In this document: positions 33,506 to 40,458 of the stretch, piece by piece | Position numbering within the stretch: position 1 is the stretch's first letter | How the letters are laid out: every line of letters starts with the position of its first letter | Origin: Gemmatimonadales bacterium | GTDB lineage: Bacteria > Gemmatimonadota > Gemmatimonadetes > Gemmatimonadales > GWC2-71-9 | NCBI GenBank assembly: GCA_036506575.1 | Contig: DASXRM010000030.1 | Location: forward strand, 1-40,889 | Direction: 5' to 3' | Length of the DNA: 40,889 nucleotides | Notes under the pieces: generated by a model | The model's database searches: none | Told to the model about the DNA's origin: nothing | Seen by the model: the letters and a program-made list of their open reading frames with translations, nothing else | Translations under genes and position numbers: made by a program

Positions 33506-35323
33506 ATGAACCGTTTTGCGCAGAAGGTAGTGTCTGGCGGGCTCGCCGCGGGGCTTTCGGTAGCCGTGGCGTTGTCGGCCAGCGCCCAACAGGCACGGTC
33601 AGGGGCATGGACCCTGAATGCGCCCGAGGGCGAATGGCACATGACCGGTCGTGATTACAGCCTGCAGCGGTTCAGCCCGCTCAAGCAGATCACGACGTCG
33701 AACGTGGCCGAGCTCCGGCCCGTCTGGTCGTTCTCGACCGGGACGCTTCGGGGGCACGAGGGCAACCCGCTCGTCATCGGCAACGTGATGTACGTGCACA
33801 CGTCCTTCCCCAACATCGTGTACGCGCTCGACCTCTCCAAGCCCGGCGCGCCGATGATCTGGAAGCACGTGCCCAACCAGTCGCCCGACGCGATTCCTAT
33901 CGCCTGTTGCGACCTGGTGAACCGGGGCACGGCGTATCACCCGAGCGGCAAGATCTTCATTCAGTTGCTCCAGGGTGAGCTGCTCGCGCTCGATGCCAAG
34001 ACCGGTAAGGAGCTGTGGAAGGTGAAGAATGCCGACTACAAGCAGGGCTCCACGATGACCAACGCCCCGATCGTGATCAAGGACATCGTCATCGCCGGCA
34101 TTTCGGGTGGTGAGTTCGGGGTCCGCGGCCGGGTGACGGCGTACAACGTGAACGACGGGAAAGAAGTCTGGCGCGGCTATAGCACCGGGCCGGACAGCGA
34201 AGTCCTCCTCGAGGGCGACGCCAACCCGAATTATCCGTCCCACCGGGGCAAGGACCTTGGGGTCTCGACCTGGCAGGGCGACGAATGGAAGCGGGGCGGC
34301 GGCACCACCTGGGGCTGGTACTCCTACGACCCCGAGCTGAACCTCTTCTATTACAGCACCGGGAACCCGGGCACCTGGAATCCTGACCAGCGGCCGGGCG
34401 ACAACAAGTGGTCCATGACCATCTTCGCCCGCAATCCGGACAACGGGAAGGTGAAGTGGGCCTACCAGATGACGCCCCACGATGAGTGGGACTACGATGG
34501 CGTCAACGAGAACGTCCTGTTCGAGCAGGGCGGGAAGAAGCTGTTGGCGCACTTCGACCGGAACGGCTTCGGCTATACCCTCGACCGGACCACCGGCAAG
34601 GTCCTCGTCGCCCAGCCCTATGGTCCAGTCAATTGGGCCAAGCGGGTTGACCTGACGACCGGCGTGCCGGAAAAGGATCCGAAGTACGGCACCACCTCGA
34701 AGAAGAACACCGAGGGCATCTGCCCGGCGGCGATCGGCTTCAAGGATCAGCAGCCGGCGGCCTACTCGCCGCAGACTGGCCTCTTCTACGTCCCGGCAAA
34801 CCACATCTGCATGGACTATGAGGGCGTCGAGGTGAAGTACACCGCTGGTCAGCCGTACGTCGGCGCGATCGTGCGGATGTTCCCGGGCCCGGGCGGGCAC
34901 CGGGGCAACTTCATCGCCTGGGACCCGATGAAGGGCAAGGCGGTGTGGTCGAACAAGGAGAACCTCGCGGCCTACGGCGGGGCGCTCACCACGGCGGGCG
35001 GACTGGTCTTCTACGGCACCATGGAAGGCTGGCTCAAGGCGCTTGACCAGAAGACCGGCAAGAGCCTGTGGCAGTTCAAGACCCCGTCGGGCATCATCGG
35101 CAACCCGATGACCTACAACGGTCCCGATGGCCAGCAGTACGTGGCCGTGCTCTCGGGCATCGGTGGTTGGGCCGGTATCGGCGTGGCCGCCGGCATCGGC
35201 GCCGAAGATCCCACTGCCGGTCTGGGCGCGCTGGGCGCGTTCGGCGACGCGGGGAACTTCAGCAACCAGGGTGGCGTCTTGACCGTCTTCGGGCTCAAGA
35301 ACCCGAGCACGGGAAAGATGTAG
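33506..35323 (+). CDS. xoxF: PQQ-dependent methanol/alcohol dehydrogenase, XoxF (lanthanide) type
   Basis: Signal peptide MNRFAQKVVSGGLAAGLSVAVALSASAQQ. Vicinal Cys 'IACCDLVNRG' (33905-33910). 'HDEWDYDGVNE' carries the D-Y-D signature (34490-34498) where Ca-MxaF has an Ala in place of the second Asp. Eight-bladed W-rich propeller sequence. GAGG lies 6 nt before ATG 33506; track start 33317 is rejected. Confidence 0.92.
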   Translation: MNRFAQKVVSGGLAAGLSVAVALSASAQQARSGAWTLNAPEGEWHMTGRDYSLQRFSPLKQITTSNVAELRPVWSFSTGTLRGHEGNPLVIGNVMYVHTSFPNIVYALDLSKPGAPMIWKHVPNQSPDAIPIACCDLVNRGTAYHPSGKIFIQLLQGELLALDAKTGKELWKVKNADYKQGSTMTNAPIVIKDIVIAGISGGEFGVRGRVTAYNVNDGKEVWRGYSTGPDSEVLLEGDANPNYPSHRGKDLGVSTWQGDEWKRGGGTTWGWYSYDPELNLFYYSTGNPGTWNPDQRPGDNKWSMTIFARNPDNGKVKWAYQMTPHDEWDYDGVNENVLFEQGGKKLLAHFDRNGFGYTLDRTTGKVLVAQPYGPVNWAKRVDLTTGVPEKDPKYGTTSKKNTEGICPAAIGFKDQQPAAYSPQTGLFYVPANHICMDYEGVEVKYTAGQPYVGAIVRMFPGPGGHRGNFIAWDPMKGKAVWSNKENLAAYGGALTTAGGLVFYGTMEGWLKALDQKTGKSLWQFKTPSGIIGNPMTYNGPDGQQYVAVLSGIGGWAGIGVAAGIGAEDPTAGLGALGAFGDAGNFSNQGGVLTVFGLKNPSTGKM

Positions 35324-35386
35324 TTCCCGTAATCCGGTAGGGACGGAGGCTCCCCTCCGGCCTCACCGGGGGTAGATTACAAAAAT

Positions 35387-35430
35387 GAGAGCGGCGTCGG
35401 GGTGCGGTTCGCTCCGGCGCCGTCTCTTTT
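35387..35430 (+). terminator. Possible attenuator/terminator between xoxF and xoxJ
   Basis: Stem GAGA(G)CGGCG (35387-35396) / CGCCGTCTC (35418-35426) with one bulge and a 21-nt loop, followed by TTTT (35427-35430). Confidence 0.35.
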
Positions 35431-35493
35431 CGGGGTCACACCGGCCGCGCGACGGTCCGGCCGGGACACCCCCAAGCCGACGGCGGCCTACCC

Positions 35494-36420
35494 ATGCTAC
35501 GGGATTTCAGACATCTGTATCGCGGCCCCGCCCTGGCGGGTCTGGCGACGCTGGCGCTGGCGATGCCGGCGCGAGCCCAGCGTCCGGCGCCCTTGCAGCC
35601 GGGGATCCTCCGGGTGTGTGCCGACGCGGACAACCTGCCCTTCTCCAACCAGAAGGGCGAGGGCTACGAGAACAAGATCGCCGAGCTGATCGCCAAGTCT
35701 TGGGACTCGAAACTCGAATACGTGTGGTGGCCGATTCGCCGGGGCTATTTCCGCGTGTTGAACGGCATGTATTGCGACGTCATAATCGAATCGCCCGCGG
35801 GGCTCGACATGGCAGGCTCCACCAAGCCGTACTACCGGTCAGGCTACATGTTCGTGAGCCGGAAAGGCAGCGGCCTCGAGGACATCAACTCGCTCGCCGA
35901 CCCCCGGCTCAAGAAGCTTAGGATCGGGGTCAATCTGTTCGTCTCCTCCGACGGCGAGCACTCCCCGCCGGAGATGGCTCTCAGCAGATACGGCGTGGTC
36001 GGCAACCTTAAGGGCTATGACACCTCATATGACGAAAACATTCGGCCCGAAGACATCATCAACGGAGTCGCGAAGAAGGACGTGGATCTGGCGATCGTAT
36101 GGGGCCCGATGGCCGGCTACTTCGTGAACAAGTCGCCGGTGCCGCTGGTGCTCACGCCGATCGCCGCCGAGGTGGACTCGGCAAGCGGCTATCCCATGCA
36201 GTACAACATCGGTATGGCCGTGCGACGTCGGGACCGCGCGCTCAGCGACAGCCTTAATACCCTGATCGACCGCAAGCGCCCCGAGATCCAGTCCATACTC
36301 AAGGAGTACGGCGTTCCCCTCCTCCCCATCCTGCCGGAGGCGGGTGAGGGCGACAAAGCCAAGGTGACGGCACCCACGAAACCCACGCCTGCTGACTCGG
36401 GACGCCCGGCCAAGCGTTAG
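35494..36420 (+). CDS. xoxJ: XoxJ/MxaJ-type periplasmic substrate-binding-like protein associated with quinoprotein dehydrogenases
   Basis: Signal 'LAGLATLALAMPARAQ'. 'LRVCADADNLPFSN', 'YENKIAELIA' and 'YYRSGYMFV' show the family-3 SBP fold typical of MoxJ-like proteins. Position directly after xoxF. Confidence 0.82.
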   Translation: MLRDFRHLYRGPALAGLATLALAMPARAQRPAPLQPGILRVCADADNLPFSNQKGEGYENKIAELIAKSWDSKLEYVWWPIRRGYFRVLNGMYCDVIIESPAGLDMAGSTKPYYRSGYMFVSRKGSGLEDINSLADPRLKKLRIGVNLFVSSDGEHSPPEMALSRYGVVGNLKGYDTSYDENIRPEDIINGVAKKDVDLAIVWGPMAGYFVNKSPVPLVLTPIAAEVDSASGYPMQYNIGMAVRRRDRALSDSLNTLIDRKRPEIQSILKEYGVPLLPILPEAGEGDKAKVTAPTKPTPADSGRPAKR

Positions 36421-36482
36421 CCGCGCCCAGGTCGCCTCGGCCATTGCCACTCAGTCAGGTTAGAGAGGATCCCTTCCCGAGC

Positions 36483-36899
36483 ATGGACAGGACTATGCGA
36501 GGTGTTTCCGTCATCCTGGGGCTCTGCGTAATCAGCTCCAAGCTTACGGCGCAGCAGCTCCGGGATCAGTATCACCAGGCTCCCCGAGACACGGTGTCGC
36601 AGGAGGTCTACGATGGCTGGAAGCAGTTCAATCTCAACTGCGCACGATGTCACGGAGAGGACGTCCAGGGGACGACCATCGCCCCCCATCTGATCCTTTC
36701 CCTCAAGCCTGACGGTCCGATCAACACCAAGGAGCTTTTCATTCAGACGGTGTGCGCCGGGCGGCCCGCCAAGGGCATGCCTTCCTGGTGCGCCTTGGGA
36801 GTGGAACTGCCGACCATCGAGAAGATCTACACGTACGTGAAGGGCCGCAGTGATGCCAAAATCGGCCCCGGCCGGCCGGCGGTGAAACCGGGTACCTAG
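36483..36899 (+). CDS. xoxG: Mono-haem c-type cytochrome (XoxG/cytochrome cL-like electron acceptor)
   Basis: Signal 'MRGVSVILGLCVISSKLTAQQ' and a single haem motif 'CARCH'. Position after xoxJ. Start is 36483, 36495 or 36444, so uncertain. Confidence 0.75.
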   Translation: MDRTMRGVSVILGLCVISSKLTAQQLRDQYHQAPRDTVSQEVYDGWKQFNLNCARCHGEDVQGTTIAPHLILSLKPDGPINTKELFIQTVCAGRPAKGMPSWCALGVELPTIEKIYTYVKGRSDAKIGPGRPAVKPGT

Positions 36900-36900
36900 C

Positions 36901-38184
36901 ATGGTCTCTCACCTGGCCTTCGCCCCCGTGCTCTGCCTGTTCGCTGCGATCACGCCTTACCCGACCGCTCCGGTCCGGGTATCGCAATCCCGGGAGCCCC
37001 TCGCGTTGTTCCCGGTGGCGTTCTACGGGAAAGGCGCCAATTCCCTGGAGCAACGGGACCCCCTGGTCGCGGCCATGACCGATGGCATCCTGCGATCAGA
37101 GCTCGAGCGGTCGGGGAGGTTCGAGTTGATGAATCCCGCGCGGCTGGCCAAAGCGCTCGCGGACACCGAGGCGGGTGGTATAGAGTGCGTCACGCTGGAG
37201 TGCCGGCGGACGCTGAGCAGGAAGTTGGGAGCGGCTTGGATGGTGACCGCCAAGCTGAGCAAGACCAGCAATCTGATCTGGTACCTCTCCGGACAACTGA
37301 CTGATGTCGCTACCGGACGCCGTCTTCTCGATGACGAATTCGAGTTGAAGGGCATTGCGGAAGACATTGCCAAGGGCGGCGCCCACTCGCTCGCGAGGCG
37401 GATCACTAACGCCGCAACGACCGTTGTCACGGTGGACACGCCGATCACCAAGATGAATCTGGCGCAGCTGAAGTCGAAGCTGGCTGCAGCGACCGGCGAT
37501 AACCCTCCTGATCTGAGCAAGGTGGACCTGAGCGGCCTCGACCTGAGCGGCGTCGACTTCAAGCGGGCGAATCTCACCGGGGCCCGCCTGGTCGGCACCA
37601 AGCTCGTCGGGGCCAACCTGTTCACTGTCGATCTTACCGACGCGGTGCTGTCCGATGCTGATCTGTCCCGGGCCAACCTCGACGGAAGCATCCTTCGGCG
37701 AGCCAACTTCCAGCGGGCCAACCTCGAGGGTGCCAGCCTCTTTGCTACCATTATCGAATCGGCCGACCTCACCAGCGCCAACTTGGCCGGCGCTCGAATC
37801 ATCGGCTACCTGCGCGGAGCCAAGCTGGGGGGTGCCAGCCTCCGCCACGCCAATGCGGGGGCCGATCCCGGAAATCAATCCATGGGTGTCATGCGAGCCA
37901 CCTTCGTGGGCGCCGATCTGAGTGGGGCAGATCTGTCCGATGCCAACCTTTTCAAGGCGGACCTGTCGCACGCCAATCTCACCAACGCGAAGCTGGCTCG
38001 CGCCAATCTGATGAACGCAGACCTGATTCAGGCTGACTTGACCCGGGCGGACCTTACCGGGGCCAAGCTGGCCAAGGCCAACATTGACGATGCCATCTTT
38101 ACTCACGCCGTCGGGGTGGATCGTATTCAGGGGCTCGATCAGGTTCGCAATCGCGAAAGGGCGATCTTCGATGCTTCCAAATGA
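36901..38184 (+). CDS. Exported fusion protein: LpoB/TolB-N/CsgG-like small domain + long pentapeptide-repeat (A(D/N)LXX) domain
   Basis: Hydrophobic N-terminus 'LAFAPVLCLFAAI'. The N-domain runs 'LALFPVAFYG...LVAAMTDGILRSELERSGRFELMNPARLAKAL...KLGAAWMVTAKLSKTSNLIWYLSGQLTDVATGRRL'. It is followed by ~40 pentapeptide units such as 'ANLTGARLVGTKLVGANLFTVDLTDAVLSDADLSRANLDGSILRRANFQRANLEGASL...'. The ATG is 1 nt after the xoxG stop. Confidence 0.8.
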   Translation: MVSHLAFAPVLCLFAAITPYPTAPVRVSQSREPLALFPVAFYGKGANSLEQRDPLVAAMTDGILRSELERSGRFELMNPARLAKALADTEAGGIECVTLECRRTLSRKLGAAWMVTAKLSKTSNLIWYLSGQLTDVATGRRLLDDEFELKGIAEDIAKGGAHSLARRITNAATTVVTVDTPITKMNLAQLKSKLAAATGDNPPDLSKVDLSGLDLSGVDFKRANLTGARLVGTKLVGANLFTVDLTDAVLSDADLSRANLDGSILRRANFQRANLEGASLFATIIESADLTSANLAGARIIGYLRGAKLGGASLRHANAGADPGNQSMGVMRATFVGADLSGADLSDANLFKADLSHANLTNAKLARANLMNADLIQADLTRADLTGAKLAKANIDDAIFTHAVGVDRIQGLDQVRNRERAIFDASK

Positions 38185-38301
38185 CATTGGCGAAGTCGAT
38201 GTCATCCTGAGACCCTGCCCCGAGCACAGCGAGGGGGAGCGTAGCACCCGAAGGATCCCTCAACCGGGAACGGAGAGGTTCTTCGCGCTCAGAATGACAT
38301 T
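38181..38301. repeat. Nested palindromic (REP-like) intergenic element of the GTCATYCTGAG...CTCAGAATGAC type
   Basis: Outer pair GTCATCCTGAG (38201-38211) / CTCAGAATGAC (38288-38298). Inner pair CGAAGGATCCCTC (38249-38261) / GAGAGGTTCTTCG (38273-38285), 10/13 complementary. Extra hairpin ATGACAT (38181-38187) / ATGTCAT (38199-38205). The left half carries a 37-nt insertion. Confidence 0.8.
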
Positions 38302-39373
38302 CCTAACGATCACGATTCTCCTTGCCTCCGCCTGCGGGAAGGAGCGGCCCTCCCTCGGCGGGCGGGCGGATACCGCCGCTCCCTCGACGGCGCCCGCGGC
38401 TGCCTCTTCCGGTGAGCTGGCCTACGTCACCAACGAAGACTCCCAGGAGTTGAGCGTCATCGACACCCGGACGGACAGTCTGATCGCGACTATTCCGGTG
38501 GGTACCCGCCCGCGGGGCGTCAAGGTGAGCCCGGATGGCCGCACCGTGTATGTCGCTCTCAGCGGATCGCCCAAATGCCCGCCGAGCATGCCCGACGAGG
38601 AGTGCGAAAAGCTGAAGGCCGATAAGAGCAAGGACGGAATCGCCGAGGTCGACGTCCGCGCCCGCCGGGTCCGGCGGGTGCTGCCGGGCGGCTCCGACCC
38701 GGAGCAGTTCGATATCTCGCGCGACGGCATGCGACTGTACATCTCGAACGAAGATGCCGGAACGGCCTCACTGGTCGACGTGAAGAGTGGAACCATCGAT
38801 ACCACGGTTCGGGTGGGAGCGGAGCCGGAGGGTGTGCGCCTCAGCCCCGATGGGAAGCTGGTCTACGTCACGGCTGAGAGCGACACCTCGATTAGAGTGC
38901 TGGACGCGGCGACCGGTCGAGTCAACGCCCGGATAAAGGTGGATCGCCGTCCCCGCGATGTGGCGTTCACTCCGGACGGCAAGCTCGCGTATGCTACCGC
39001 GGAGGTGGGGGGGAGTGTGTCCGTCATCGATGTGGCCGGCAACCGCGTGATCGCCAGGATTCAGCTCCCCCCGGATGCGAAGCCGATGGGAGTGCGGGTT
39101 TCCCCCGATGGCAAGCGGGTGTACGTGGCTACCGGTCGGGGAGGCACCGTCGTGGTGATCGATCCTGCCACGAACAAGGTCGTCGGGTCGGTCAAAGTGG
39201 GACAGCGCCCCTGGGGTATCGCGCTGACGAGCGATGGGAAGAAGCTCTATACCGCTAACGGGCCGTCCAACGATGTGACCGTCGTCGACACCGACAAGCT
39301 CCAGGCGATCAAGACGATCCCGGTCGGAAAGATCCCCTGGGGAGTAGCGATCGGACCAGCACCAGGCTCGTGA
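38294..39373 (+). CDS. YVTN-repeat beta-propeller lipoprotein (PQQ-dependent catabolism-associated beta-propeller type)
   Basis: 'MTFLTITILLASAC' is a probable lipoprotein signal. Repeated 'P(R/E)GV(K/R)(V/L)SPDG(R/K)xVYV(A/T)' blades and 'YVTNEDSQELSVID'. Track start 38084 overlaps the upstream gene and is rejected. Confidence 0.8.
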   Translation: MTFLTITILLASACGKERPSLGGRADTAAPSTAPAAASSGELAYVTNEDSQELSVIDTRTDSLIATIPVGTRPRGVKVSPDGRTVYVALSGSPKCPPSMPDEECEKLKADKSKDGIAEVDVRARRVRRVLPGGSDPEQFDISRDGMRLYISNEDAGTASLVDVKSGTIDTTVRVGAEPEGVRLSPDGKLVYVTAESDTSIRVLDAATGRVNARIKVDRRPRDVAFTPDGKLAYATAEVGGSVSVIDVAGNRVIARIQLPPDAKPMGVRVSPDGKRVYVATGRGGTVVVIDPATNKVVGSVKVGQRPWGIALTSDGKKLYTANGPSNDVTVVDTDKLQAIKTIPVGKIPWGVAIGPAPGS

Positions 39374-39383
39374 GGCAACAGTC

Positions 39384-39884
39384 ATGAACGTCCGACCACC
39401 CTGGCTGGCTGCGGCGGCGTTGCCGCTGCTCCTGGCCGCCGACGCTTCGGGGCCGGTTCCCAGCACCTTTCAGTTCGACGCCGATGCCCGGCCCGAGCTT
39501 CATCGACTCTGGGACGTCAGCTCGGCGGCAAAGGCCGAGCGGGTCGCCTGTCTGGCGGCTACGATCGAGGGCGATACCGTCCGAATCTCGCGCGTGCTCC
39601 CACTCGAGCCGGGCCGGGCGGACTCGCTAGGCATATCGGCGGGTGCCTCGCTCGACAGTTGCGGCCCACCTGAGTGGCTGGGCACCGTGCACACTCACGT
39701 GGCGCTTCGAGACGGTCAGCGGCCCTACTCTCTGTTCTCGGGAGCCGATCGAGGGGTCATGATGCTGTGGTGGAGACGCTGGAAGGTCGACGGGATCTTC
39801 TGCTTGCTTTACAGCGGGGAGGAAGTGATCTGCGAGATCGAGGGACCGGGCGGTGCCGTGCTCTTCCCCCGCTCGCACTACTGA
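39384..39884 (+). CDS. Exported JAMM/MPN+-like metalloprotein, paralog 1
   Basis: Signal 'WLAAAALPLLLAADA'. 'ERVACLAATIEGDTVRISRV' (E-x-x-C/G-x-L), 'GTVHTH' (HxH) and 'FSGADR' (S-x-x-D). Four Cys conserved with paralog 2. Starts 10 nt after the propeller gene. Confidence 0.6.
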   Translation: MNVRPPWLAAAALPLLLAADASGPVPSTFQFDADARPELHRLWDVSSAAKAERVACLAATIEGDTVRISRVLPLEPGRADSLGISAGASLDSCGPPEWLGTVHTHVALRDGQRPYSLFSGADRGVMMLWWRRWKVDGIFCLLYSGEEVICEIEGPGGAVLFPRSHY

Positions 39885-39889
39885 CCGGC

Positions 39890-40402
39890 ATGAGACCGTC
39901 GGCTATCCTTGGTCTTCTGCTCGTCGCGGCTTCCGCCGCACCGCTGGCAGCACAGAGCGAAGGCGGCCGCCCCCGAGCAGCCTTTCGCTTCAGCGCTGAA
40001 GCAGGTACCGCGCTCCGCGAGCTATGGCAAACGAGCGTCGCCGCCAAGGAGGAGCGAGTGGCCTGTCTGGCAAGCACGATCCGGAACGACACCGTTTTCG
40101 TCACCCGAATCGCGGCGCTGGAGCCGGAGGACGCGGACTCGATGGGAATTTCCGCCACCGGCTCGGTGGACCGGTGCGGACCTCCCGCCTGGTCGGGTAC
40201 GGTTCACACCCACATCGCGCTCTACACCGACGACCTGCCCTCCACCAGGTTTTCCGCTCAAGATCGGACGGCAATGCGGCTGTGGTACGATCGCTGGCAC
40301 GCCGATGGCGTCTTCTGCCTGATCTACAGCAGGCACGACGCCCATTGTGAGGCCGATGGGGTGGTTGGTGGGATGCGGGCAACGCCCAGGATTGTTCGCT
40401 AG
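39890..40402 (+). CDS. Exported JAMM/MPN+-like metalloprotein, paralog 2
   Basis: Signal 'MRPSAILGLLLVAASAAPLAAQS'. 'ERVACLASTIRNDTVFVTRI', 'GTVHTH' and 'FSAQDR'. About half the residues are identical to paralog 1 by eye. ATG 39890 lies 5 nt after paralog 1; track start 39674 overlaps it and is rejected. Confidence 0.6.
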   Translation: MRPSAILGLLLVAASAAPLAAQSEGGRPRAAFRFSAEAGTALRELWQTSVAAKEERVACLASTIRNDTVFVTRIAALEPEDADSMGISATGSVDRCGPPAWSGTVHTHIALYTDDLPSTRFSAQDRTAMRLWYDRWHADGVFCLIYSRHDAHCEADGVVGGMRATPRIVR

Positions 40403-40458
40403 AGCTTCCTGGCAGGATGTGATCCACCACCAACACCGGCGTTTCGGCCGTCCCCTGG

